Below are positions 8,917 through 19,125 of a stretch of 64,000 bases of DNA, piece by piece. Position numbers and translations under genes: made by a program. Below the pieces are notes generated by a model that was not told the origin of the DNA, did no database searches, and saw only the letters and a list, made by a program, of their open reading frames with translations. Source of the DNA: Candidatus Multivoradales bacterium (GTDB taxonomy: Bacteria > Acidobacteriota > Thermoanaerobaculia > Multivoradales > JAHEKO01); NCBI GenBank assembly GCA_965223155.1, contig CBDCVR010000015.1:800001-864000 (forward strand). Direction: 5' to 3'. The first letter of the stretch is position 1. Each line of letters begins with the position of its first letter.

Positions 8917-11276
8917 GAAGCGCTTCCCCGCCCGGCCGGTCGGCCCGAAGCCGCACCGGCGGAAGCAACGGCGATCGGCGCGCCTAGAATTCCGTCGGGA
9001 ATCCCCAAGCTCTCGACCAGACCGGCCGCCTCAGGGCGAAGCTCGACGCAAATCCGGAGCACCAGATCCCGGATGGCCTGCGACTTCTGGCCTTCGAAGT
9101 AGCCGTTCTCGAGAAACCAGCCGCGCCGCGCCTCGAGCCGCCACAGGCAATAGAGGGTCGCCAGGCGGTCCAGAATATGGCCCAGAGATTCGCCCTGATG
9201 TGCCTGGGCCTGGTCCAAGGCGGCCTCGGCCACGACTCGCTCGACGTGGGCGCCGGCCATGCGCAGCACATGATCCTGGCAGTCGTTGAACGCCTCGAAG
9301 GTCTCCATGCCGCGACCCAAGCGCCGCCTCAATCGTCCCGCCAACGTGGCGAGCAAACGGTCCTCCCGGTAGCGGAAAGCGCCGCGCAGGAACTCCGGAT
9401 CCTGCAGGTGCTCATCGTCGGTCAGGCGCGTCACCACGGGATTGAGCTCGGTGACCGCGGTCTTGGCCTTGTCGGCCAGGTACCGAACGACGCCGGCGGC
9501 GCGCAGATCGGCGAACTGATGCCGGTACTCGGTCAGGCGAGCCTTCGCCACCAAGAACATGAGCACCGTGTTGTCGCCCTCGAAGGTGGTGAAGACGTCG
9601 GTGTCGTCGCGCAAGCGCGAGATGCGGTTCTCGGCCAGGTACCCCTTGGCGCCACAAGCTTCCCGGCAGACCTGAAGAGTGTCGACGTTGAAGCGAGAGG
9701 CGTAGACCTTGAGGCCGGCGGCAAGCGTCTCGACCTGCCGGGCGGACTCCTCGGAGCGCTCCAGGAACGCCGCCACCAGCCGCTTGTGGGCGAAGCGCAG
9801 CGCGAAGACCGTGGCCAAGCGCGGCAAGAGCTTGCGCTGATGGGCCTTGTAATCCAGAAGCAGGGTCTCGGGCCTGCCCGGGGGACCGAACTGCCTGCGC
9901 CGGAGCGCGTAGCGAGTCGCGATCGCCAGGCCGGTCGCGGCCGAGCTGATCGAAGCTCCGGCGACGCTGACGCGGCCGCCGACCAAGGTCCCGAGCATGG
10001 TGAAGAAGCGCTTGTTGGCGCTCGCGATCGGGCTCGAGTAGGAGCCCTCCGCGTCGACGCCGCCGAACCGGTCGAGCAGGCTTTGGCGCGGGACGCGGAC
10101 GTCATCGAAGGCGATACGGCCGTTGTCGACGCCGTTCAGTCCTTCCTTGAGGCCGCAGTCTTCGATCGCGACACCGGGCATCGGATTGCCCTCGGCGTCG
10201 CGAATGGGTACCAGAAACGCGTGAACGCCAAAGCCATCGCCGTCGATCTCGAGCTGGGCAAAGACGGTGGCCAGGCGGCCGTCCCGAGCGGCGTTGCCGA
10301 TCCAGTCCTTGCGGTCGACCACGGTCGGCGTCGAGATCACGAACTCGTCGGTCGCCGGATCGTAGCGGGCCCGGGTCTCGAGCTCCTGAACGTTCGAGCC
10401 GTGGCCGGTCTCCGACATCGCGAAGCAGCCTGGAAGATCCATCGAACCGATGGCTTCGAGGTACGCCTCGTGATGGCGCTTGCCGCCGAGCTGAAGGACG
10501 CTGCCGCCGAAGAGTCCGAACTGGACGCCGAACTTGACCAGGAGGCTGGTGTCGTGGTGCGCCAGGGTGTCGAAAGCGGCCAGAAACGCGCCGAGATCGT
10601 CGGCGCCGCCGTAGCGACGCGGGTAGCTCAAGGCGCCGACTCCTTCCCCGGCGAGCCTCCGGCACCAGCGGGTGACCTGGGCGCGGTGCTCGGTACGGGT
10701 GGGCTCGGCGAGGTAGCCGAACTCGGATTGGCTGAGCAAGCTCCGCAGCCGTTCCCGGATCTCCTGGTAGGGCCGCTCGATCAGCGTCTGGAGCTCCTCC
10801 GGGCGAAACGAGAGCTCCTCGTCGGCTCCGTCTTCGGGCGCCGGACGCTTTCCGTGGACGAGCTCGCGAGACACCTCCCGGCCCGCGACACCCAGGGCCC
10901 CTTCGATCGTGGCGAGCGCTTCTCGGGTCGCCTCGTCGGCGTCCTCCCCTGCCGGCAAGAGGCCCACGCCGAGCTCGGCCAGGGACAGCCGGGCCTCGGG
11001 CGAAAGGCCACCGGCGGTCTGCCGGATGGTGCGCAGGATGGCCGCGAGGTCGCGAGCCGAGGGCGGATCCTCCGGATCCAGCCAGCCGGCGAGGCGCTCG
11101 CGGCAGCCTGCGTCGAGCCCTCCCTGGGCGGCTACCTGGTCGGCGATGGCGGAAAACTCCCCGGCCGTCAGCTCGCCGTCGGCCCAGGCCACGTAGACCA
11201 GAGGCAGGAACGGCAGCAGCGGCCGGTCTTCGGCCAGCTGCTGGACCGCGTCCTCGACCCGTCCCGAATCAGTCAT
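8913..11276 (-). CDS. Acyl-CoA oxidase/dehydrogenase with N-terminal extension
   Basis: [56 protein letters not shown]. Confidence 0.9.
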   Translation of the reverse strand: MTDSGRVEDAVQQLAEDRPLLPFLPLVYVAWADGELTAGEFSAIADQVAAQGGLDAGCRERLAGWLDPEDPPSARDLAAILRTIRQTAGGLSPEARLSLAELGVGLLPAGEDADEATREALATIEGALGVAGREVSRELVHGKRPAPEDGADEELSFRPEELQTLIERPYQEIRERLRSLLSQSEFGYLAEPTRTEHRAQVTRWCRRLAGEGVGALSYPRRYGGADDLGAFLAAFDTLAHHDTSLLVKFGVQFGLFGGSVLQLGGKRHHEAYLEAIGSMDLPGCFAMSETGHGSNVQELETRARYDPATDEFVISTPTVVDRKDWIGNAARDGRLATVFAQLEIDGDGFGVHAFLVPIRDAEGNPMPGVAIEDCGLKEGLNGVDNGRIAFDDVRVPRQSLLDRFGGVDAEGSYSSPIASANKRFFTMLGTLVGGRVSVAGASISSAATGLAIATRYALRRRQFGPPGRPETLLLDYKAHQRKLLPRLATVFALRFAHKRLVAAFLERSEESARQVETLAAGLKVYASRFNVDTLQVCREACGAKGYLAENRISRLRDDTDVFTTFEGDNTVLMFLVAKARLTEYRHQFADLRAAGVVRYLADKAKTAVTELNPVVTRLTDDEHLQDPEFLRGAFRYREDRLLATLAGRLRRRLGRGMETFEAFNDCQDHVLRMAGAHVERVVAEAALDQAQAHQGESLGHILDRLATLYCLWRLEARRGWFLENGYFEGQKSQAIRDLVLRICVELRPEAAGLVESLGIPDGILGAPIAVASAGAASGRPAGRGSAS

Positions 11277-11616
11277 CGCCGGCCTCCCGGACCCCAAAAT
11301 AGAGCAGCCGTAAAGCGTCGTCGGTGTCGTTTTCGATCTCGTGGACCTCACCGGGCTGGATGACCCAGCACTCGTCGGCGCCGAGCCGGTTCTCGCGGCC
11401 GTCGATCCTCAAGGCGCCCCCGCCCGAGCGGACGAAGAAAACCTCCCACATGTCGTCGTGGGCGTGGCCGGGCGCCTTGTCTCCGGGCTCGAAAACCGCT
11501 TCCGAGAAATTGGTGAGGCCGGGGATCTCTCCCGGGTCGAGCATCACTCGCTTCCGGATCCCGGGGTTGTGCGACACGGCGCGTGTCTCGAGCGCTGCTA
11601 ACGCACGGCGCAACAT
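11269..11616 (-). CDS. Cupin domain protein
   Basis: HAH...EVFFVRSG...PGEVHEIEN cupin metal motifs. Confidence 0.9.
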   Translation of the reverse strand: MLRRALAALETRAVSHNPGIRKRVMLDPGEIPGLTNFSEAVFEPGDKAPGHAHDDMWEVFFVRSGGGALRIDGRENRLGADECWVIQPGEVHEIENDTDDALRLLYFGVREAGDD

Positions 11617-11696
11617 AGTCCGATTCTAGGGGCTTGCTGAAAAACTTTCATAGGTTGCTTTGCGGCGGCGTGGCCGCCGCCGGGGCGTTGGCGCTT

Positions 11697-13547
11697 CTAG
11701 TCCGGTGGCCCCGCGTCGAAACGCCAGCGCGCCTCTAGCCGCTCCAGCCGGTCCTCCATTTGCCGCCGCAGCGTCTCGTCCTCGGTATGGTCGATGGCTC
11801 GGTCGAAGAAGGCCAAGCCCTCTTGCCAACGCTCGGCGTCGAACGCCTCCCTCGCCGCCAGGAGGAGCTCGGCGCGCCGAACCTCATCGCGCAACCGAGC
11901 CGTCTCCGAGTCTTCGGCGAGCGCCGCATAGCGGCCCTCCACCAACCGCCCGGCGGCAGCGGTATCGCCGGCCTTCAAGAGAAGCCGCACCTCGACCGCC
12001 ACGGGCTCCGGTCGCGTCGGCGCCAGCGCCACTGCCCGCCGCGCCGCGCCCAGGCCGTCGGCGGCGTCGAGGCCTGGCAGAAGATGGCTGGCGGCATAGC
12101 GCAGCTGTGCCTCGGTCCAGCCGGGCTCGGCGACCCGGGCCTCCGCGAAGGCCGCGCGCGCCTCCAAGACGAGGGCCTTCCGGGCCTCGGCGTCGAGCTC
12201 GCCGTCCTGCTGGTAGCGCCGGATCAAGTGACGGCCCCGGCGCAGGTGACTCTTGGGCAGCTCGACACCCGCGGCCACGGCCTCGTCGAATAGGAGTCCC
12301 GCTTCGGCCAGACGGCCCTCGCCATCACGCAGCCAGGCGATTCCGGAAAGGACATCGCCATCTTCTGGATCCTCGGCCAAAGCCCACTCGTAGAAGCGCT
12401 CGGCACGCCCCGGCGCACCGGCCAGGGACGCGAGGTCGCCGAAGATGCGCAAGAGCTCGGCGGACTCGAGCGGGCGTTCTGCGATCGAACCCTCGGCCTT
12501 CTCCGCCCGGGTCGCCTGCTCCTCCTGGTCTCCATGCTCCGCCTGGCCCTCCCGCTCCGCGAGACCAGGCCGGGTCACCTGCTCCATCTGCTCCACCGGC
12601 TCTACCGGCTCTACCGGCTCCACGAGACCCGGCCGGACCGGCGCCAGGCCGAGCCTCCCTATGTGGGCTCGCAGACGGCGCTCGAACTCGGCCGCGCTCA
12701 GATCGACGACTTCGTAGAGCGCGCGCTCGGGATCCCTCCCCTCGTGCAAGCGCTCAAAGAGCTCGGCCAGCCGCTCCGCACCCGTTTCGTCGTGCAACAG
12801 AAAATGGACGAGCCCCCAGGAGACGGCGTAGAAGTGGGCAGCGTCCTCGGGATCCCGTGACCCTGGCCGCCGATGGCCGTCATCGCCGGTGTAGCTCAGG
12901 ACTCGATCCAGACCCACCGGCTTTGCCCGCCGCCACCAACCGAGGTGCCGCGGCACCGGGCCGCGCCAACCGTCAGGAGCCGCCGTGGCGCCTCCGCCGT
13001 GTGCGGACGCGAGCCCTCCGTAGTACTCCGCCAAGCCTTCGTTCAGCCATAGCGGGATGCGCGGCAGGTTCTGGCCAAGGATCTGGTGCACGTACTCGTG
13101 CACCACGACTCCCATTCCGACCTCGAGGCGGTCGCTGACGCGAAGCAGGATGAAGTTGCCCTCGGGATGCGCCAGGAAATGGCCCAGAACCGTTCCCGTG
13201 AGCGAGCCCTCGCCGCCCAGCAAGCCGTCAAAGTGCGAGGCGAGAGAGAAGGCGAGGATCTCGGTCGGCGCCCGCAGCTCGAGGTCGAGAGCCGGCGCGG
13301 ACCTGGCCAAAGCGCCATGAAAGCGCTCGAGGTCTCCGAGAACGCGGCCGGCGGTCTCCGCCGGAGCATCGGTCAGGAGCATGAACGACGGCGATGCGAA
13401 CCGCCGCCAGGCGCTCGGGTCGAGATCGCCGTCACCGCCGCCGGCCGGTGCTGCGACCGCGCAAACAAACGCCAGCAAGATCGTCGCGGCCGGCGCCAGA
13501 GAACCTTTCAGAGAACCCCTCGGAACTGTCATTTCGGCGGCCGCCAA
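11697..13547 (-). CDS. Secreted DUF1570-like metallopeptidase domain plus TPR repeats (start 13547 or 13532)
   Basis: Signal peptide; VVHEYVH and PLWLNEGLAEYY; FYAVSWGLVHFL; C-terminal TPR-like helices. Confidence 0.75.
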   Translation of the reverse strand: MAAAEMTVPRGSLKGSLAPAATILLAFVCAVAAPAGGGDGDLDPSAWRRFASPSFMLLTDAPAETAGRVLGDLERFHGALARSAPALDLELRAPTEILAFSLASHFDGLLGGEGSLTGTVLGHFLAHPEGNFILLRVSDRLEVGMGVVVHEYVHQILGQNLPRIPLWLNEGLAEYYGGLASAHGGGATAAPDGWRGPVPRHLGWWRRAKPVGLDRVLSYTGDDGHRRPGSRDPEDAAHFYAVSWGLVHFLLHDETGAERLAELFERLHEGRDPERALYEVVDLSAAEFERRLRAHIGRLGLAPVRPGLVEPVEPVEPVEQMEQVTRPGLAEREGQAEHGDQEEQATRAEKAEGSIAERPLESAELLRIFGDLASLAGAPGRAERFYEWALAEDPEDGDVLSGIAWLRDGEGRLAEAGLLFDEAVAAGVELPKSHLRRGRHLIRRYQQDGELDAEARKALVLEARAAFAEARVAEPGWTEAQLRYAASHLLPGLDAADGLGAARRAVALAPTRPEPVAVEVRLLLKAGDTAAAGRLVEGRYAALAEDSETARLRDEVRRAELLLAAREAFDAERWQEGLAFFDRAIDHTEDETLRRQMEDRLERLEARWRFDAGPPD

Positions 13548-13611
13548 GAGACCGGTAGCCTATCATCGGGGCCGACGCCGCGAGCCGCATGTTGGAAGCC
13601 AAAGACGGCTG

Positions 13612-13959
13612 ATGCATGGCGGAGCGAGCCCTTGGAATCTCGACGTGCCCGAACCCGCGACTCTCTTTCTGCCCGACACCCTCTGCGACTTTGACTCGGT
13701 ACGCGAGATCGAGGAACCGCTCGATCACTTGCTCATCGCCCAGGGCCTGGGCGAGGTCGTGGGTGGCGGCATTGGCAAAGGGTGGTACCGGTTCGAGCTC
13801 GAGGTCGTCGACTTCGACGCCAGCCTCCGGTGCCTTGCCGGGTGCGCCGGAGAGCTGAGACTTCCGCCCGGGAGCCTCCTCCGGGACGCCGCCGGCCGCG
13901 ACCTTGCGGTATCGCCGAGATCGCCAGTAGCGGTCGAAGAGTCCCCCAAACCGGCCTGA
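13612..13959 (+). CDS. Hypothetical protein
   Basis: Globular-looking IEEPLDHLLIAQGLGEVVGGG segment; fills the gap between two minus-strand genes. Confidence 0.6.
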   Translation: MHGGASPWNLDVPEPATLFLPDTLCDFDSVREIEEPLDHLLIAQGLGEVVGGGIGKGWYRFELEVVDFDASLRCLAGCAGELRLPPGSLLRDAAGRDLAVSPRSPVAVEESPKPA

Positions 13960-14033
13960 CGGCGGCGCGCCGCCGGGCGAGCCAGCTCGGAAAGACCGGG
14001 ACCGGCCGATCGGCGGACCTCGCCCGACTCCCG

Positions 14034-14804
14034 TCAGCCCAGCCAGGAACCCAGAAGCCAGAGTCCCGACACCGTCACCACCACCAGCAAGAACCAGTGC
14101 ACGAACTCGGCGCCGCGGTGCCGGGCCACCTGGGTGGCCGCCAGCGCACCCAGCATGTTGCCGGAGGCAAGGACAAGGCCCGGCCCCCAGGCCACCTGGC
14201 CGTGGACGACGAAGACGGCGAGCGCCGCCGCGGTAAAGAGAAGGATGATCAGCACCTTGACCGCGTTGGCACGTACGACGTCGAAACCGGCGCCCAGCAC
14301 CAGAACCACGAGCAGAAAGATGCCGACCCCAGCCTGCAGGAATCCGCCGTACATGCCGACCAGAAAGAGCGCCAGCCAGACCTTGGGTTCGCGGGCCGTC
14401 GCGGCCGCCTGGGCTCGGTCGGGCCGGGCTCCGGCGAGCCAGCGTTGGGGGCGCGCCGCCAGGATGGGCACCATCAAGAGAAAGAGCGCGCCGATCGTTC
14501 GCCGCAACAGCGTCTCGTCCAGATCCACCGCCAGCCGGGCACCTAGGAGAGCACCGAGGAGAGCCGGCAACGCCAGCCAGGCGCCGTGGCGGAGCTCCAG
14601 CATGCCGAAACTCTTGTAACGCGAGACCGCGACCACGTTCTGGAGCAAGATCGCCAGTCGGTTGGTGCCGTTGGCGACGGTCGGCGGCAGTCCCAAGAAG
14701 ATCAGCGCCGGCAAGGTCACCAGCGAGCCGCTGCCGGCCAGCGTATTGACGAAGCCGGCGACGAAACCGGCGACGACCAGCAAAGGGTACGCGTAGGGCT
14801 CCAT
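14034..14804 (-). CDS. TSUP (TauE/SafE) family transporter
   Basis: AGFVNTLAGSGSL, ANGTNR, GMYGGFLQAGVG; about 8 TM helices. Confidence 0.9.
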   Translation of the reverse strand: MEPYAYPLLVVAGFVAGFVNTLAGSGSLVTLPALIFLGLPPTVANGTNRLAILLQNVVAVSRYKSFGMLELRHGAWLALPALLGALLGARLAVDLDETLLRRTIGALFLLMVPILAARPQRWLAGARPDRAQAAATAREPKVWLALFLVGMYGGFLQAGVGIFLLVVLVLGAGFDVVRANAVKVLIILLFTAAALAVFVVHGQVAWGPGLVLASGNMLGALAATQVARHRGAEFVHWFLLVVVTVSGLWLLGSWLG

Positions 14805-14910
14805 CCCGAACCGGATGCTACTCTGTGCGCCGTCGAACACCCCGGAGCCGCCCGGCGGCGGCAGTCATTCAATGGCCCACCCAGCCTCATCAACAGGATC
14901 GGGAGCAAGC

Positions 14911-15453
14911 ATGACTTGGTTGATCTTCGCGCTCATGACCGTGGCCTCCTGGGGGCTCTACGGCGTCTTTCTGCACGCCGGCCAGTCCGCCATGGGCGAT
15001 CCGGAGCTGGGCCGGTACAAGGCGTTCCTGTTCGTGGGGATCGCCTACTTCGTGACCGCGGTGCTGGCGCCGCTCGCGATTCTGGCCGGCGGCGGCACCG
15101 ACTGGTCGTTTCCCTCGGGCGGGATTCTCTGGTCGCTCCTGGCCGGCCTCGTCGGCGCCGCGGGCGCCTTCTGCGTGCTACTCGCCTTCGGCGCCAAGGG
15201 CAGCCCGGCGGTCGTCATGTCGATCATCTTTGCCGGGGCACCGATCGTCAACGCCATCGTGGCCCTTGCCTGGCATCCGCCGGCTGGCGGCTTCGGCTCG
15301 CTACGCTGGCAATTCGTCGCCGGCATTCTCCTGGCTGCCCTGGGCGGCTTCCTGGTCACGAAGTACAAGCCCGCACCGGGACCGGGTTCGGCCGCCGGGC
15401 CGGCGCCCGCCCAGACCGTAGCTTCCGCCCAGCCGTCCGAGCTTTCCGACTAG
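14911..15453 (+). CDS. DMT/EamA-like small membrane protein
   Basis: Five hydrophobic helices; WGLYG, VMSIIFAGAPIVNA; GGGAG RBS. Confidence 0.75.
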   Translation: MTWLIFALMTVASWGLYGVFLHAGQSAMGDPELGRYKAFLFVGIAYFVTAVLAPLAILAGGGTDWSFPSGGILWSLLAGLVGAAGAFCVLLAFGAKGSPAVVMSIIFAGAPIVNAIVALAWHPPAGGFGSLRWQFVAGILLAALGGFLVTKYKPAPGPGSAAGPAPAQTVASAQPSELSD

Positions 15454-16544
15454 GGCCTGCTCCCGGAACTACGGCTGCCACGGTCCGGCCGGATCAGCAC
15501 CTTGACGCAGCCGGCTTCGCGCCGGGCGAAGCGCTCGTACATGGCGGGCGCTTCTTCGAGCCCGATGCGGTGGGTGAGCATGGCGGCTAGCTGCCGGCCG
15601 CGCCGGGCGGCTAGCTCCAGGGCCTCTTCGAGATAGGCGCGTGCCGAGCACCGGCCGGCGCGGTAGGTCAGGTTCTTGTCGTAGAGCTCGCCGGGAGAGA
15701 ACGCAAAGCCCGCCTCGGTATGAACGCCTGCCGCCGCGATCGCGCCGCCGCTCCGAACGAGATCGAAGGCCAGCCGCGAGGCCTCCGGCGAGCCCACCAG
15801 CTCGAGCACCGCGTCGGCGCCCCGGCCCGAGGTCGCCTCTCGCAGGCGCGCGCCCCCTTCGTCGGGCGCGAGCGCCGTCGCCCCGAAGCTTTCCGCCAGC
15901 TTCCGGCGGCTGGCCACGGGGTCGAGCGCAAACACCTTCTCCGCGCCGCGCTCGAACGCCGCCAGGATCGCCGCCAGGCCCACCGGGCCGCAGCCGACGA
16001 CCGCGGCACGGGTCCCCAGCCGGACACCGGCGGCGTCGGCGGCAAAGAGCCCGGTGGCGAGAACGTCGCCGGCCAGAAGCAAGCACTCGGCCGCAGTCTC
16101 GGTGCCAGCAGCGGCCTCGTCAGCGCCCGGCAGAGCGACCAGGGTCGAGTCGGCCATCGGCACGCGCACAAACTCGGCCTGGCCGCCGTGAAGTCCCCGA
16201 CCCTCCTCGCGCCAGCCGAAGAGCTGGCCGGACTCGCAGCGGGCAGTGAGTCCCCGAGCGCAGAAGAAGCACTCCCCGCACGAGGTCGAAAACGGGGCCA
16301 CGACCCTGCTGCCGACGTCAATCCCAGCCTCCGCGCCCCGTGCCACCACGCGGCCGAGGAATTCGTGCCCCATGACGGTGCCGGCCTCGAGACCCGGCTC
16401 GCGGCCGGTGAAGGGATGGAGATCCGAGCCGCAAATCGCCGCCACCTCGATCTGGACGATCACGTCTGTCGAGGCCTCAAGCCCCGGATCTTCGACCGTC
16501 TCGGCCGCGACTTCGAAGGGCTGGTGAAAGACGAGCGCCCTCAT
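15450..16544 (-). CDS. Zn-dependent medium-chain alcohol dehydrogenase
   Basis: ICGSDLH, GHE, CGECFFC-x7-C, GCGPVG. Confidence 0.92.
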   Translation of the reverse strand: MRALVFHQPFEVAAETVEDPGLEASTDVIVQIEVAAICGSDLHPFTGREPGLEAGTVMGHEFLGRVVARGAEAGIDVGSRVVAPFSTSCGECFFCARGLTARCESGQLFGWREEGRGLHGGQAEFVRVPMADSTLVALPGADEAAAGTETAAECLLLAGDVLATGLFAADAAGVRLGTRAAVVGCGPVGLAAILAAFERGAEKVFALDPVASRRKLAESFGATALAPDEGGARLREATSGRGADAVLELVGSPEASRLAFDLVRSGGAIAAAGVHTEAGFAFSPGELYDKNLTYRAGRCSARAYLEEALELAARRGRQLAAMLTHRIGLEEAPAMYERFARREAGCVKVLIRPDRGSRSSGSRP

Positions 16545-16764
16545 ACCGCGGGAAGTATCTCCCGACTTCGCAGAATCCAGGCCAAACACTGCAACCTCTG
16601 ACGTCTCACACGTAGTTCTCTTGGAGGTTCGACCGAGCGTGGGGCCGAGAGCTTGGCTCCGGCAGACGGCTCGCCGGCCCCAACAGCCGGCGCAACGCTT
16701 TCGGTAAGATCGGGCCTCTTGCGCCCGGTTCGGGCAACACTCCATCAGCAAGGAATTTCAAGCT

Positions 16765-19074
16765 ATGCAACGAATGGCGATTCTCCTTTCCGTGGCTGGC
16801 CTCGCCGCGGCCTGCGCCTCAACGCCGGCCGCCGCGCCGCCGCCGGCCGGCGCACCCAGCGCCACCGCGAGGACCGAACAGGTCAAGGCGGCAGTCCCCG
16901 CTACTTCGACCCACTGGTGGGCTCACTGGCGCGGACCCTCTCGCAACGGCGTTTCCGCCGAGACCGGGCTCATCTCGAGCTGGTCGATTGACGGCGAGAA
17001 CCTTCTCTGGAAGGTGCCGCTGGTGGCGCGCTCGACCCCGATCGTCCTGGGCGACCGGGTGTGCACGAATGGCCGGGTTGGAGAGGACATCCTCCGTCAG
17101 GAAATGGTTGCCTGCTTCGACGTCGCCACCGGCGAGAAGCTCTGGGAGCACCGCTTCAACGTCTTCCACACTTCGGTGCCCTGGACCCGAGTCGGCTGGG
17201 CCAACCTGGCCGGCGACCCCGAGACCGGCTACCTCTACGCCCAGGGTGTCGCCGGGATCTTCTTGTGTCTCGACAGCGCCACCGGCGAGGTCGTCTGGTC
17301 GCGACGCTTCATCGAAGAGTACGGCTTCATGGAGGGCTACGGCGGGCGCACTCAGACGCCGCTGGTGGACGGCGACAAGGTCGTCATCACTTTCTCGAAT
17401 ACTTCCTGGGGTAGCGAGGGCCGGCCGCTTCATCGCCTGCGGGCCTTCGACAAGCGCACCGGGGAGCTCCTCTGGGTCTCGCAGCCGGCGCCGTCTCAGG
17501 CCGACAAGAACACCCAGTCCACGCCCAATGTGCTCGAGGTAGACGGCCGGCGCCTGATCGTCGCCGGCAACGGCGGCGGCGGCATCTACGCGGTCGAAGC
17601 CGAGACCGGCGAGCCGGTCTGGGGCTTCCAGCTTTCGAAGCGCGGCATCAACACCTCCGTCGTCGTCGACGGCACCCGCGTCTTTGCCTCGCACTCCGAG
17701 GAGAACTTCGACGAAGGCTCGATGGGCCGGGTGGTCGCGATCGACGGCACCGGCTCGGGCGACGTCACCGCGACCCACGAGATCTGGCGCGCGCCGATCT
17801 CGGCCGGGTTCGGCTCCCACGCCTTGGCCGACGGCGTGCTCTACGTGCTTGACAACTCGGCCAATCTCTACGCCCTGGACGCCGATACCGGCGAAGCCTT
17901 CTGGGAGCTCAATATCGGCCGGGTCGGCAAAGCCTCGCCGGTCCTGGCCGACGGCAAGCTCTACGTCACCGAGGTCAATGGCCAACTGGTCATCCTCGAG
18001 CTGGGCGACGGCGAGCCGGAGATCCTGGACATCGAAGAGATACCGATGCCGGACGGGCGAGCCGCCGAGATCTACGGCTCGGTCGCCATCGCCGACGGCC
18101 GCATCTTTTTCACCACCGAGGAGGGTCTCTACGCCTTGGGCGGCGAGGGAGCGGGAACCGGCACCGACACGGCGACGGCCGCCGCGACCCGGTCCGGCGC
18201 CGGCCCGGCGAGCGATTCACCTACCGGTCCGGCCGCGCGATTGCGCGTCGTGCCGGCGGACGTGACCCTGCGCTCGGATGAGTCGGCCGACTTCCGCGCC
18301 CTGGCGTTCGACGCCACCGGCCGGCCGCTGGGCGAGCAAGCCGTAACCTGGTCGCTCGCCGGTCTAGACGGATCGATCGACGCCGACGGCGTCTACGACC
18401 CCGAGGGCTCGCCCTCGAGTACCGGGTTCGTAGTCGCCACGGTCGGCGACCTCGAGGCCCGCGGCCGGGTGCGAGCTCTCAGCCATCTGCCCCTGGAAGA
18501 AGACTTCGAATCGACCGAACCGGGAGCCAAGCCTCCGTACATGATGGCCTATCTTGCCCGCTTCGCGGTCGCGGACCTCGACGGCAACCGCGTTCTCGCC
18601 AAGGGCCCCTCCCCGGTCAAGATCCACCGGCACATCACCTTCCTGGGACACCCGGACGAGTCCGGATACACCATCGAAGCCGATCTGATGGGGACCCGCA
18701 AGCGGCGCACGATGCCCGACGTCGGCCTCATCAACTCGGGCTACACGATGGAGTTGCTGGGCAATCACCAGCGCGTGCAGGTACGGTCCTGGCAGTCGGG
18801 CTTACGCATGATGCAGCAGATCGATTTCGCCTGGAGCGAAGACACCTGGTACCGGATGAAGCTCTCGGTCGACACCGAGGGGTCCGGCGCCGACGCCAAG
18901 GCCGTGGTGCGCGGCAAGGTCTGGCCCAAGACCGAAGCCGAACCCGAGGACTGGACGATCACGGTCGAGGATCCCCTGCCGATCCCACGCGGCGCGCCCG
19001 GCCTGTCCGGTTACTCACCGACGCCGATCTACTTCGACAACATTCGGGTCGTCTCGAACGACCAGGCTCATTAG
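16765..19074 (+). CDS. PQQ-type beta-propeller lipoprotein with C-terminal Ig-like and lectin-like domains
   Basis: Lipobox LAAAC; WAHWRGP; repeated D-x2-TGE-x2-W docking motifs; C-terminal beta-rich domains. Confidence 0.85.
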   Translation: MQRMAILLSVAGLAAACASTPAAAPPPAGAPSATARTEQVKAAVPATSTHWWAHWRGPSRNGVSAETGLISSWSIDGENLLWKVPLVARSTPIVLGDRVCTNGRVGEDILRQEMVACFDVATGEKLWEHRFNVFHTSVPWTRVGWANLAGDPETGYLYAQGVAGIFLCLDSATGEVVWSRRFIEEYGFMEGYGGRTQTPLVDGDKVVITFSNTSWGSEGRPLHRLRAFDKRTGELLWVSQPAPSQADKNTQSTPNVLEVDGRRLIVAGNGGGGIYAVEAETGEPVWGFQLSKRGINTSVVVDGTRVFASHSEENFDEGSMGRVVAIDGTGSGDVTATHEIWRAPISAGFGSHALADGVLYVLDNSANLYALDADTGEAFWELNIGRVGKASPVLADGKLYVTEVNGQLVILELGDGEPEILDIEEIPMPDGRAAEIYGSVAIADGRIFFTTEEGLYALGGEGAGTGTDTATAAATRSGAGPASDSPTGPAARLRVVPADVTLRSDESADFRALAFDATGRPLGEQAVTWSLAGLDGSIDADGVYDPEGSPSSTGFVVATVGDLEARGRVRALSHLPLEEDFESTEPGAKPPYMMAYLARFAVADLDGNRVLAKGPSPVKIHRHITFLGHPDESGYTIEADLMGTRKRRTMPDVGLINSGYTMELLGNHQRVQVRSWQSGLRMMQQIDFAWSEDTWYRMKLSVDTEGSGADAKAVVRGKVWPKTEAEPEDWTITVEDPLPIPRGAPGLSGYSPTPIYFDNIRVVSNDQAH

Positions 19075-19125
19075 AACCCCCTTCAGAAAACGACCCGTTC
19101 TTTCGACCGAGAGGAACCCAAGACA

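Noticed and set aside
11662-11680. GC hairpin as an intrinsic terminator
   Set aside because: The stem GCGGCGGC/GCCGCCGC has no following U-tract on the transcribed minus strand.
9177-13138. Long antisense or alternate-frame ORFs (e.g. 9177-11363, 11660-13138; also 21775-23598 and 58619-60634)
   Set aside because: Shadow ORFs of high-GC3 genes with Arg/Pro/Ala-rich, motif-free translations.
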